The position numbers were made by a program, and so were the translations under genes. DNA of 64,000 nucleotides from Lingula anatina. Taxonomy: Eukaryota > Animalia > Brachiopoda. The stretch is from positions 20,234,534 to 20,298,533 of the forward strand of contig CM120644.1 of assembly GCA_051362555.1 (NCBI GenBank), read 5' to 3'. The notes under the pieces are model-generated. The model saw nothing but the letters and a program-made list of their open reading frames with translations. It searched no databases and was not told the origin of the DNA. Of the stretch, positions 1-12,755 are shown one piece after another; the first letter of the stretch is position 1; the number at the start of each line of letters is the position of its first letter.

Positions 1-1092
1 ATTCCAGCAGGTAAGAGGATCAAAGACGCCTGGTTGTGTTAGAGATTCTGTGGCAAAGACAACGTTCCTGTAAGAGCCACACGCACAGTCGCTATTCAAA
101 AATATGTCCCTATACCAACTTTATCCGCCCTATCTTGATTCTTGCCTCTTTTCGCCCTACAAAATTAGTTCAAGACAAGTAAAGATAGGCTACAGTGCGC
201 TTGTTCACTTCCGTTTTATTCGTATTTAAAAGTAAACCCATTGAGTAGAATGTTCTGTGCTCTGTAATATTATTGTACAAGGTAATCTCGCTAAAATCTT
301 ACATGAATAAGAATTAATATCATTTTAATATTGTAATTACGTATTTTCCTAGTTATTTATCCACTTTATGTAGTTATTAATGTAGTATTTACATGCGTTT
401 ATTATGCATAGACATACAAGTAGTATAGATAGCCAACGTTGTTAACACGTAACATCAAATCCCGAGTAAATCATTATTAATGTAAAGAGCGGGGAACAAT
501 GTCACGAAGGGGGATACTGAGGGAGAAGTCATACATATAAAGTCTCTGCAATATTATGCGTCTGGGAAGTATTTGAAGTCATACATTTTATATAACAGCT
601 CGTCGAAAAAAGATTGGTATGAATCGGTAGAATTCCAAAATTGATTTCTTATGTTAAAGGTTCCTATATAAATAGGCCTATGTGTTTAATAGATTGAAAA
701 GCTTAACAGAATATCTGCAATTAATTTCATTTGTTGATTTTGGTTATCCTTTTATCTTTTTTAATTTATTAATTCTGTTCTATACTGTGTCTATGTGAAG
801 CGATGAGGCGTACCCTTGCGTATATATTATACATGTCTGCCCACAGACTTTAGGAAAAGTGCGCACAAAGCTTTCCGACCAAAGATACATAACATTTTAC
901 TAAATCTCCACAACTGAAGCCGAGGTCATATTTTCCATTCAATGTTTGTACGCCACGAAGTGGTCAAAATACGGAAATAGGAATCTAGTGGGCCATATGC
1001 AATATATCCATATTCAATGCCCCTTGCCGTAAAATCTTTGCGGCTGCAAACAAACACAGGTAAATGCTCATTCCATTGACGCACTCAAGCAA

Positions 1093-1849
1093 ACTGTAAC
1101 TGTACCTGGGTTGCGGATAGGTCGGTGCTTGGCCCGGGGGGGGGGGGGGGTAAGAGTATCAGGAGAATTTATTACTCCGCTAAAAATTGTGTTACAGGAT
1201 GCACGCACGCACATACACACACACACACACACATACAGTGAAGGCTGATTTTGTTATGTTGAAAACCAAACGGAAAAGCAATTATCTTTGTGGGTAGCTC
1301 ATTCTTCTGTCCAAAAGCTCCATCTTATAAATGAAGAATTTTTTTCAATTTTTAGTAATGTCTTGGGTAAATCTACTTTTATCGGCCTTGAACTCTTTTT
1401 CATCCCCTTCTCTTATTTAGTTATTTATTTATTTTCTCGGGTTATGTGGTTAATATGGGTGTTAGAGCTAAAAGATCTGCTGGTAGGGTAAGTTAACGCC
1501 TAATCCGTTTATAAGGCCTGGCAGCTCCTTGTCCTTGATCTTTGTTCATAACAAAATGTGCCACAGGCTGCGGTGTCTCGTTTATGACGCTGTCTCAACC
1601 ATGATTGTGACGGACTCCACAGAAATCACGCAATTGTGTTAGTGAAGACAACGTGAGACGGGGCTGGGGGAGTAAAGATGTTCTTCAAGTAATATTTCAT
1701 GGGTAGTGCTGGAAAGCTATTTTAGTGTAAGAGTTAATGTCGTAAATCTGACATATACTACGCGGTATATAATTTGAAAATGTGATGAAAACAACCGTCG
1801 ACAAAATAACCAGTGTTATAAGAAGAATGTACGGTTTGTGTGTTTGTGT

Positions 1850-1880
<31 letters not shown>

Positions 1881-2634
1881 GTCAAATATGATGACAGATA
1901 AAAGTCTGAGGAAATTTGGGGAAGTTGAGCTTCGTGTGTGCTTGAGTGTGTGTACTGATACCCTTCAACGTTTTCAGGGTTACAGCCTTCATATACGATA
2001 AATGGCCCTCGACCATCTCCTTCAAGGTTAGTTGCGTGGGTGATTACAATACAAACCATGCAAATAGTATGTGTACCAATGTAGACCCCCCTCCCCCCCC
2101 CCTTAGTGATTTTCATTAATTATGTTTTTATGACAGCTTAGGTCTTGAGCTTTTATTTTCTGCTCGTTTGCCATTAAACTGGTGGTGGGTGTGTGTACTA
2201 CAGCCGTTGCTATGGTAACGCCTGAGATTAAAAATTGAAATTTCTGAGACCAAAAAAATATTAAATAATTCAAATGTAGTAAGTAAATGGAATTCAAAAT
2301 CATTTCAGATGTATAGTTTAAGAGTTATGCACTAAGGGGGTGGGGGGGGGGAGGGTTTCGGTATTTGGCCCATGGACTAAAATGACCTCACATAAGGGCA
2401 CAATTGCTTAATTCTCCACCTCCATAAAAATTTGCTCTCCCATACTTGTCACAATAACAAAAAAAGCCTCCAACAAGCTGTACACCGATAAAGCTGTGCT
2501 TACTGGGCGCGGTACATCCATCTTAGGCCAGGAAGCGTTGAATGCCATGCTATTTCCAAAAGTCAACACATGTAGGCCTATCAGGAGAGTTCACCACTCC
2601 AATAAAATTGTGTTACAGCATGCACGCACGCACG

Positions 2635-2666
<32 letters not shown>

Positions 2667-3751
2667 CATGCACACACACAAACATACACACACAAACACA
2701 CACACACGCACACACACATACAGTGAAGGTTGATTTTGTTATCTTGAAAACTATATGGAAAAGCAATGATCCTTGTGTGTAGCTCATTCGTGTATCCAAA
2801 AGCTCCATCTTTTAAATGAAGAATTTTTTTTCGATTTTTATTATTTTATTTATTTATTGCTAATCTATCTGCCACTGTGAAAAAATTTCTAGTAAACAAT
2901 CTCTGTTCATAAGGGAAATGTACTGCAGGCAGTTACGTTTTGATTCATGTCTCTGCAATATCTACTCTTATTGGCCTTGAACTCTTTTTCATCACCCTCT
3001 CTTATTTATTTATTTATTTTTTGTTGTTAATCTATCTGCCACCGTGTAAAAAATTCAAGTAAACAATTTCTGTTCATAAGGGAAATGTACTGCAGGCTGT
3101 TACGTTTTGATTCATGTCTCTGCAATATCTACTCTTATTGGCCTTGAACTCTTTTTTATCACCCTCTCTTATTTATTTATTTATTTGTTTATTTATTAAT
3201 TTTTTTGTTGTTAATCTATCTGTCACCGTGTAAAAAATTCAAGTAAACAATTTCTGTTCATAAGGGAAATGTACTGCAGGCTGTTACGTTTTGATTCTGA
3301 TGCTGTCTCAACCATGATACTGACGGACTCCACAGATATCACCCAATTGTGTTAGTGAAGACAACCTGAGACGGGACGGTGGGGGGGGGGGGGGGGGGGG
3401 GGAGGGGGGAGGGGGGGTTAGGATATATGACATATTTGTATAGAAAAATTAAATTTCTCTCGGATACTGATGTTCTTACAGAAATAATGTTATACATGTA
3501 AGTCATGGGCGGTGATGACATGCTATTTAAGCTTAAAATTAAAGGTCGTCACTTGTTGCAGATAAAAAAGGAAAGTGTTATGACGGACTCAAGAAGACTG
3601 TAACTGTACCTGGGTTGCAGATAAGTCGGTGCTTGGCCCTGGGGGGAGGGGGGAGGTAAAGAGTCAGCACATGTAGGCCTATCAGGAGAGTTTTCCACTC
3701 CTCTAAAGTTATGTCACAGCATGCACGCACGCACACAAACAAACACACACA

Positions 3752-3784
<33 letters not shown>

Positions 3785-4445
3785 TGAAGGCTGGTTTTGT
3801 TCTATTAACAACCAAATGGAAAAGAGCTGAACTTTGTGTGCAGTTTATTCGTCTGACAAGAAGCTCTAGCTTAGAGATGAAGTAATTGTTTCGATTTTTA
3901 TTCATGTCTCTGCTATATCTACTCTTATTGGCCTTGAACTCTTTTTCATCTGATTTATTTATTTATTTATTGTTAATCTATCTGTCACTGTGAAAAATTT
4001 TCAAGTAAACAATCTCTGTTCATAAGGGAAATGTACCGCAGGCTGTTTCGTTTTGATTTTGACGCTGTCTCAACCATGATTGTGACGGACTCCACAGAAA
4101 TCACCCAACTGTGTTAGTGAAGACAACGTGAGACGGTCGGGAGGGGGGAGGTAAGGATATTCTTAAAGTAATGAAGTAATAATTCATGGGTAGTACTGGC
4201 AAGCTATTTTAATTTAAGAGTAAATGTAGTGAAACTTACATATACTGCACAGCAGATTAAAAGAAAATGTGATGAAAGCAGCTTTCGACACAATAACCAG
4301 TGTTATGGGTGAGTGTCCGGTGTGTGTGTGTGTGTGTGTGTGTTTGGGGGGGGGGGGGGGGGCAAATAAATTGACAGACAAAGGTTTGAGGAAATTTGGG
4401 GGAGTTTAATGTGTGCACTGATACCCTTCAACATTTTCAGGGTAA
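1093..4445. repeat. Three diverged copies (~1093-1990, ~2570-3420, ~3597-4445) of a ~0.85-0.9 kb unit carrying (CA)n/(TG)n and poly-G tracts; copy 2 has an internal ~170-180 bp triplication (2861, 3028, 3212)
   Basis: Shared anchors: ACTGTAACTGTACCTGGGTTGC (1093, 3597); TATCAGGAGA (1157, 2580, 3680); CTGTCTCAACCATGAT..GACGGACTCCACAG..TGTGTTAGTGAAGACAAC (1590, 3304, 4065). Confidence 0.85.
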
Positions 4446-4494
4446 AACATGTTTTATGTTTTATGACTGATAAACAACCACCTCGACAGATCAA

Positions 4495-4655
4495 AAGATT
4501 CCCAGAGGATCACGGAAAGATAAACGCTCAATATATCAAAGAAGGGCAAGATCCAGAATGAAGTAATGAGATCAAAAACAAAGGTGGAAGACGCTGTAAG
4601 CATAGCAGAAACTGCAAAGGGCCTGGCAGGGTATCTGACCAGAATGACCAGCAGG
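4495..4655 (+). mobile_element. RTE-clade LINE ORF2 C-terminal fragment, decayed
   Basis: Frameshifted translation reads QRITER..LNISKKGKIQNEVMRSKTKVEDAVSIAETAK..(W)AGYLTRM, similar to the RTE post-RT motif QRxMER.MLG....D+IRNE.IR..TKV.D.......KW.WAGH..R. Confidence 0.65.
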
Positions 4656-6579
4656 AGGAGAATGCATTATACTGTGTTCTGTAATGTTCCATTCAGGAAG
4701 ATACAATTTAATTGAAAAGGAACTGAAGCCACAGAGTCACTGACAACATGACAACATGATTATCGACCTATTTATTTCGTTCGAATTTTTACCGTCACAA
4801 TTATATTCACTTTTAAGAGCTCCATCAGTATTCAGATTTCTGATATATATTTTGCATATATACATTCGTTGAATTATTATTAATTATTATTATTATTATT
4901 ATTATTAAAAAATCAAATTCACCAGCCTGTCTTCGTTTTGAAAACGACTCAAAAACCAGTTTCTGCAGAAAAAGGGTACGTAATTTTATGAGCGGTTTTG
5001 GTCATGGCATACTTTAGTGATTAGGAACTACTGTTCTTATTTCACGGAAAACCAAAGTTATGCCATATAAAGGTCATAAATGAAATTGCGTGCCCTGTTC
5101 CAATTATTTCTGCAGTGCCAAAGCGACGTTTAATATGCATGTAAGGGCAGCATCATCTCGGAGCTGCAAGAAACGTGATGCTCGCATGTATCATAGAGAC
5201 TCATTGTTGATTTGCAACTCTATCTTGTCAGTCACGTTTTGAACATATAAAACACGTCACTGTGCACGTGGAGCCCAGCCCCTCCCCAGGTGAGCCCACG
5301 CAGTGGTGGTAACACGGGCATTGCCTTTGTCATTTCCTTTGTCATTTCCTGCACTATCTTGACAGCATGCACCGCCGGCGTGCAGGAACTGATATCTATA
5401 CCTCTTCACTTTATGACCTCCTCTCTCTTTACAGTAAAGCGCCATTGTTTGGTGGCACGCAACCAAGGAAACAAATCTGCCCTTTTCTCTTCTTTTGTTA
5501 ATGGTTATATCGTTATGTTTAAAGCTATATAGGATACAAACATCATGTCAGGATACAAAAAATCATGAGAATCTAAATTTGATAAAATTTGCGAGGCCAA
5601 TTTTTCGTTTAGGGACAACAGAAGTACACAGGGCTTTGCCTTTTAGTTCTATTTTATTTCTTTATTTTTATTTGATCTTTTTATCTGGAAACAAGAACAA
5701 TTTTATAGATAATAGCACAGGAGTATTCAAAGTTAAAAATATTTTCCGAATGGCTGCTTTGTTAGAAGCTACCATAGTTTAAACTTCGCCAGCATGCACA
5801 CGTACTGGCAAACATATGCATATGCATATACAGGTGCTCGTATATAAAAGCATTTTGAATACACAACACTTAACTACTATATAATAACTACAAATGTAAG
5901 ATGGGTATCTTAAGTAAATCTGCTTCACGAAGTAAATATATAGTAGTAGTAATAACAAAGACTGGATGTAGTTTAGTATAGAAAAAAAGCCTTTTATCAG
6001 AGGCTTAATTTATTAACGTGCCCAGTGCAGTTGTCATCAGCTACGGCTGTGTTCTTTGCTGCAACAAATATTAGGCAGATTTTATACCTGACATCGGGAT
6101 CCAACCAGTTTTTGTGACTAAAGTTTATGTTAACTTCTTGCAACTTTGTTAGGCATTCCTTTCAGATATCTCAGTAGTTTTTCTATCGAACTTGGTTTGT
6201 TAGAGGTATCGGTACGTTATAAAGGTTTATATTTGTGCAAAATTGCTTACTTTTCGTTTCTTTTTCATCACATTCTTATCTTAATATTATTTCTGTGAAA
6301 TTGAACACATTCAGATTGCAAACTCCTTCCTTGTTGCTCTTTTCACCGTCTCACGCACTTTAGCAGGTGGGGTAACCAAGCGTTAATCACCAATTTCACA
6401 GCTTTGTTCACTGGCGTGAGATAGTGATTGGTTCCCAACGTAACGCCCTACCTACATAAGATATTATCACGAAGATCGGCATGGTTGACGAATATGGTGT
6501 GCGCCACAATCTTGAGGCAGCGTTTGGTTTTTTAACCGTTTTGTTTAGCTATAGGAGATACACTATATGTTACGATACA

Positions 6580-6739
6580 CAGACCCGTAGCCAGCAAATT
6601 CAAAAGGGGGGTTCTTTTTCTGAAAAAGTGGACCTTTGACAATGAAACTTATGTCTACCTAGATCAAAGTGGACCTTTTCCTGACAAAAGGGGCGGTTCT
6701 TTCGAACCCCCCGAACCCCCCCCCCTGGCTACTGGCCTG
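6580..6739. mobile_element. 160-bp MITE
   Basis: TIRs CAGACCCGTAGCCAG / CTGGCTACTGGCCTG; flanked by ATACA on both sides; internal AAAGTGGACCTT occurs twice; a related end CTGGCTACTGGCTTG lies near 49199. Confidence 0.7.
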
Positions 6740-8065
6740 ATACATTAAACGAAGGCATTATATCTGCTTTCTGCTTATAAAATCCGACGTAAATCTTCCA
6801 AGAAAATACCCTGGCATCAGATTGCAGTACGTGCTGTTGCGATAAAATAGATATTGTAAACTGTACTTTTTAGGGAGATGTGATTGGAAGTGGTGTATTA
6901 CAGTTTTCAACCTCCAAAACCGCCGCTGTCACGTCACGGACTTGAGTTAGGAAATTCCCCCTCTCTATATATTGGATGTGGTGGCATTATCGAATGATAT
7001 GATATTGTATATTTCCGTGCTATTTAAGCGGATTGATAAGGGAAAATCCTACTAGTAACATAAACTGGCATTGAATTGGATATTGCCAAGAAGCTAATAT
7101 GCTATAGTGTCACAGCTGTATATACAGTAGCTATCAATTAACCCTTTCTTAAAAAACCATGGGAACGTTTTTCTATGCCTTAGAGTTAAAAAAACAGTTA
7201 TCTCCAATTCCATGTTAACAAATGACCTTTTTGACGCCCTCAGGTGGTAATGATCAAAGTTGCTTACAGGTGTACCAGGGGTGCTCACAAGGTTGTCATA
7301 AAATGTGAAGTTGGCAAGTAAAGGCAGGACGGTTACAATATAATTTACGGCAGAGCAAACAATAAGCTGCGGCGCACACCTCATGTCGTGGTTCCCAGCT
7401 TGCCGCTGGTGTAATTTTGCCGGGAAGAATCTTATCGATTTATCTCTGCTCTTACAGCAGTAACAGTGTTTTCTGAAGATTTCTGCTGAAACTGGCATGC
7501 TTAAGTTTCAACGACAAGCAGGCTTGTCAACGTACGCTATCATTGCATGAGCTCCATAGTAAATGATTCCATTTGAGAGAGCGTAGGAAGGGTCACTACT
7601 CCATTGTATGGGCACATTTGGGACGAAGAAAGCCAAAACATCCAGTTTCTCCATGCAAACAATATTTTGAGATAAAGAAGACAAATGATTCACCTCCCAG
7701 TCAGAGGACTGCCTGACACTCTCTATACTCCCCCCTCTCCCTCTCTCTCTCTTTCTTTCTGTTTGGGATTAAGAAAGTACCAAGCATGTCTTGTTTACGT
7801 TTGAACATCATCTTCACGATTTTTTGTCTTTCTTAATTGCACACTGGGAATCAAGCCATCGATATCATATCTAAATGTTCCTGCATATAATATTATGAGC
7901 AAACAGCGATCCACTGTTGCAATATTGATATGGATGACTAGATTTGTGAAAATATAAAAAAAATAAATCAGGAAATTATTTTTCGGTGACTTTTTTTTAC
8001 TTCAAGCATTTCTACTTACTTTACAAAAACATGTTTGTACAGGATATGAACGTTTGGAAAACAAA

Positions 8066-8071
8066 TTTATT
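8066..8071 (-). promoter_or_regulatory. Candidate polyadenylation signal of the GPCR gene
   Basis: AATAAA on the minus strand about 290 nt after the GPCR stop codon. Confidence 0.4.
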
Positions 8072-8361
8072 TTGTAAGTAAGAGAACTGGTAATCTTAAA
8101 AATGTGTTACGACATACTGATCCATACGGGAAGTAAAAATACAACGCATGCTAATGTAAATGAGTCTTGCCAATAGAGAGACTGCGTGTGGTGGAGTTTG
8201 GACTTGGAACTGCTATATAACAATGACAGCCAGAACAATCATTACTTACAACAAGGAAGTGCGCTTTTATGGCGTAGTCACCGGTTCCGTATACAGTGCT
8301 GGTATATGTGGATCGTGAGTTGTTTTTACGTAATACCTACGAACGACGTTTTTCAGTTTTA

Positions 8362-9849
8362 CTAAAAAAAGCTCAGTAGTCTATTGAATGCTAATTTGAA
8401 GTTACTATTCATCACACCGTATATGAACGGGTTGACGGTGGAACTTACATACAACAGTTCAACTCCGATGTTCCGAAGAACTACAAACACCAAATTGTCC
8501 GCCTCAAAGTACTTCTCGCACCAGTGGAGAATCGAATAGGGTGCAAAAAGTATCACCAAAAAGAACCACGTTAATGCAGTCATCTTTAAAACCTTAACTT
8601 CCGCATTCTTAACGCTAACAGTTGAAGGAGGGATTCTAAATCTTATTTTTTTCTTGTTCATTTCCATTGGTTTATCACCTTCCAGTGCTGGGATCATTTT
8701 ACCTTGCGTCCTGTGCGACGCCACTGGAACCCTTGTATCAACATCTTTCTTTACAGTATCCAGTTTCTCCTGTGGTGTGTGGAAGGGCAGATGAACACAA
8801 GGCAACCCCGGGTTCCCACAGAAAACCACATCACGAATTTCTGTCGACGGTTTTATGATGTTTGTCAAGAACAAAGGGTTCTCTTTAGTAAGGTTCTTCA
8901 TGTGTTTGCGCAATGTTGATTTTCCTATCCCTTTCCCTTTGCTGCCACATGGGAGGTAAGGGGACTCGTTTGAGCTCGTGGGACAGCGACAATCTTTATG
9001 GAACACTGGCATTATTTTCGGTTGAACTATTGTTGAAAGGCGCCCATCCTTGCGTCGTGCACCCTCACTCTGCCCTGAAGGCCCTGCCTGATCTAGCTCC
9101 ACTGGCGCCAAAGTTAAATGCGTTTTTTCACTGTTTATTTGAGCTTGGTTAATGTTGCCGCCGTCACCGATTTCAGCACTAACTGCACGCATACTTTTCT
9201 TCACCCTCCACAGGACGGCCGTGTAGAAGGCCAGTGGAAGGAGGATACCCACGGGAACGTGGGGGATCACGGCATACCGGTAGAAGTCGGCCACTGTGTG
9301 TTTGACATGGCACTCAGTCCCGGGACTCCATGTATTCCAACCCATAAAAGGGAGACTATGTAACAGTACCATGTACAGCCAAATACCTACAGTCACCACA
9401 ACGATTCTCCGCTTTGTCACGAATGAATGATATCTTTCGTGGTGACAGATTTTAATATATCTTTCCATTGATATAAGCACCTGGATGAAAAGCGAAGTCC
9501 CAAAAGTCATTCCGAGTAGCCACATTTTTCCCAGGCAGTAGTACTTGTTGTATAAAAGATGGTGCAGGGACGGTACCATCTCCGTCAAGTAGCCGCACAC
9601 TATACTGTAAGGCATGCAAACCAGACCTGTCACGAAGTCAGTTAGGGCCAGGGTGAATATAGCAATGTTCACGTTCGTTCTCAGCGCTTTGAATTTGGTG
9701 AAAGCTATCAAAACAAGAGAGTTCGACATAATCGTTGTCAGCGAGATTGCACTTTCCACCACGATGAATGGTGTACATGCTATCCTCTGGCAAGTACTGG
9801 GAATAGAAACGTTCTCTTGGTAATTATATAACGTTGCATTAGTCTCCAT
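8362..9849 (-). CDS. Intronless rhodopsin-like (class A) GPCR, 495 aa, orphan, loosely aminergic/adenosine-like, with a very long ICL3
   Basis: Seven hydrophobic segments; N-terminal sequons NAT and NVS; TM1 SNxxV; TM2 LALTD; TM3 Cys and SMERY (DRY-like); TM4 Trp; ECL2 Cys; TM6 FAPY; TM7 NPFIY; helix 8 FKLAF. Confidence 0.95.
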   Translation of the reverse strand: METNATLYNYQENVSIPSTCQRIACTPFIVVESAISLTTIMSNSLVLIAFTKFKALRTNVNIAIFTLALTDFVTGLVCMPYSIVCGYLTEMVPSLHHLLYNKYYCLGKMWLLGMTFGTSLFIQVLISMERYIKICHHERYHSFVTKRRIVVVTVGIWLYMVLLHSLPFMGWNTWSPGTECHVKHTVADFYRYAVIPHVPVGILLPLAFYTAVLWRVKKSMRAVSAEIGDGGNINQAQINSEKTHLTLAPVELDQAGPSGQSEGARRKDGRLSTIVQPKIMPVFHKDCRCPTSSNESPYLPCGSKGKGIGKSTLRKHMKNLTKENPLFLTNIIKPSTEIRDVVFCGNPGLPCVHLPFHTPQEKLDTVKKDVDTRVPVASHRTQGKMIPALEGDKPMEMNKKKIRFRIPPSTVSVKNAEVKVLKMTALTWFFLVILFAPYSILHWCEKYFEADNLVFVVLRNIGVELLYVSSTVNPFIYGVMNSNFKLAFNRLLSFF

Positions 9850-11509
9850 AGTAAATGTTTTTGATTCTTGCTGATGCAGGGTTTCCAGTGCTTCCCGCTG
9901 TATTATAAGTTACATTGTACGGTGGACCATTTCTAGATAATGAAAGCTTTTTGAATTTGTTGGATTTGTTTTCTGTTCCTTATCGCAGCTAAATTTGCAC
10001 CATGTCATCTTTAAAAAATAAATCGCAATCGAGACAGAAGTGAAAAATGTGAGCGTAAATCTACTGTTCTGCTGAAACAAATCCTCTAAGTCAGCCGGAG
10101 AGGGAATATCCGTTGTATATATGTCGCCTAGCTGGGTGCCAAACTCAGCTAGGGGATATATCACAGTTGTCTTATATGGAAAATAGCCATTCCTTATATT
10201 GCTACCGATCCCCCATCAACTAAGTCATGAATGTGATAATTAAGAGGATCGGAATATACAGCCAAGATTTGTTCACAAAGCCGATTACGCACGGTTCTGT
10301 TGTGGTAGCGTGTTTGTTTTGCATCGAACAAATTCCATGTCTGCAATATTCACGCCTCTGTCCACTCCTCTCCCCAAACATGTATACATGAATCTTTAGA
10401 CAGCTCAAACTATGAATGCCTGCCGGAACGCACCATCAAGTCACACATTATGAGGGAAATCCGGCAAAGCAGGTATGACGCATCGTGTTTGTTGTTTAAC
10501 CTTTATCTGTAACATCAGACTATCATTGTGTATATCCAAGACAATTCCGTGGAGATATAACTTTTTTTTTCTTCACACAATAAAAACGACAGGAATGGTT
10601 CGATAAAAAGGATGATATAGTAGTGGTGACATTCAACAAAATGTGAATAAATGAAATCCATTCCTGAACAACGTGCACATCATAACTGTCAGTGTTATCT
10701 TAAAGTTCTCTTCCAGTGCCGACACTGACCACTGACCACCTGTTGTCACCGCGCTCAGCCTTTGGTTGCTTAGAGCATCCGTCAGCTTCAGCTACAGGTA
10801 TAATGACTGTTTTCATTTTATAGATAATGGTATCTTGTCACGTATTACCATGCAGCGTCCTTTTTATTTCACTGTCCGAAATCAATCGTATTTGTGGTTT
10901 GTGTCCACTTCAAATCCTTGCCATTTACGCCTACTTCTGGCTGCCAATCATCAACAAATCCAAACCAACCGGTGTGCTGCCTCTGACACCGCTGACACGC
11001 CTCTGCATCAGCATTAATTCCATCATAACCTGTGATGTGAAAGATGATCATAAAAGTTTTCTATTAAATGCAGCTCACATGAAGGGTTAGTTTAATAAAG
11101 AGTCATGTTTGTAATGACAACGTGGAATGCAAATGATGCCTCGTTTCTGCACAGGAAGTGTTCCTACCTGTTTGAATATCTGGGAAATAGGAGGTTTAAA
11201 TTGGTATTTTAGGTAAATATTCGTGAAAATAAATCCGTTTTAAGTGACGTCAGAGAATTATCTTGTCTCGTTATCCCAGTTACAGTTGATATAAGGCAGT
11301 TAGAGATGTATAAACAGATGTAATATTATATTAGTCATGATAAGTTAGAGTAGAACAACACAACTCGATATAAATTTTTTTACTGGTGCACTTAACATCA
11401 GTGGTTTACGCAACAGCTGTCCCACCCTTGTACATTTTATGATTTGTGACCGACGGTATTCAGACGCTTGGTTATTAATACCAATAATTGAATTAACTGG
11501 TTCGTTATC

Positions 11510-12095
11510 AATATGCCACGTATTAACCGATTGGTACGCTAATGGTTAACGATATGCCACGTGTAAACTGACTGGTACGCTAATGGTTAACGATATGCCA
11601 CGTGTAAACTGACTGGTACGCTAATGGTTAACGATATGACACGTGTTAACCAATTGGTACGCTAATGGTTAACGATATGCCACGTGTAAACTGACTGGTA
11701 CGCTAATGGTTAACGATATGCCACGTGTAAACTGACTGGTACGCTAATGGTTAACGATATGCCACGTGTAAACTGACTGGTACGCTAATGGTTAACGATA
11801 TGCCACGTGTAAACTGACTGGTACGCTAATGGTTAACGATATGCCACGTGTAAACTGACTGGTACGCTAATGGTTAACGATATGACACGTGTTAACCAAT
11901 TGGTACGCTAATGGTTAACGATATGCCACGTGTAAACTGACTGGTACGCTGATGGTTAACGATATGCCACGTGTAAACTGACCTGTACGCTAATGGTTAA
12001 CGATATGCCACGTGTAAACTGACTGGTACGCTAATGGTTAACGATATGCCACGTGTAAACTGACTGGTACGCTAATGGTTAACGATATGCCACGT
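11510..12095. repeat. 41-bp minisatellite, about 14 copies (TGGTACGCTAATGGTTAACGATATGCCACGTGTAAACTGAC); degenerate copies at ~12240-12365
   Basis: Period of 41 read directly (11532, 11573, ...); a variant unit GACACGTGTTAACCAAT recurs six units later. Confidence 0.95.
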
Positions 12096-12560
12096 AATTG
12101 CCATGTAATTTTTTCTTTTAATTGTGAATTTTATAAATATGTAAAGTCTATTGAACATACGTTGGATTTTAGACTATAAATAAACATTATTATCATTATT
12201 ATTAATATTATAATTGTTATTATTATTTTTGTTGTTGTTATCAATACGTCACATACAAACTGATTGGTACCCTAATGGTTGTCAATATGCCACGAAACCA
12301 CTGATTGGTACGCTAATAATGGTAGCTAATGGTTTTCAATATGTCAGGAGTTCACTGATTGGTTTATTACTGTCGAAACAGTATTGTCCGCGGTTCCACA
12401 ATTTATTGACTGTAAGAGTGTAAACACTCTGGCTTATCCAACATTTTATGGTAGGATTACGTATGATCAAAAAACTTATTTTACATGCATATTCTAGTTA
12501 AACCGATGATAACGATTACTTAATCTTATGACCGTAGCTTCAGGTACGATGTACGTAATA

Positions 12561-12755
12561 TAGGGTTGTCCAAAAAGATGTTGCCACTTTTTATACAGTA
12601 GCATTTTCAACTGAAAGGAAAATTTATCAATTCTTTTTTCTCAGACCTGTCTTACAGACATGAAAGTTTTGTGTGATGTAAGTTTTTGCATTGTATACAG
12701 AGGTATATATCATCATTTTTAAAAGAACACAGACCAGTCTTTTTGGGCCACCTTG
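12561..12755. mobile_element. Tc1/mariner-type MITE, degenerate
   Basis: Imperfect TIRs TAGGGTTGTCCAAAAAGA / TCTTTTTGGGCCACCTTG, both flanked by TA. Confidence 0.6.

Noticed and set aside
1697-4494. His/Thr-, Cys/Val- and Pro-rich short ORFs
   Set aside because: Translations of (CA)n, (TG)n and poly-G tracts
8910-8950. Walker-A-like GKGIGKST in the GPCR ICL3
   Set aside because: Does not fit [AG]x4GK[ST] spacing and lies in a probably disordered loop with no NTPase fold
11510-12095. CRISPR-like appearance of regular repeats (also at 57.9-60.7 kb)
   Set aside because: No unique spacers, no cas genes, eukaryotic context
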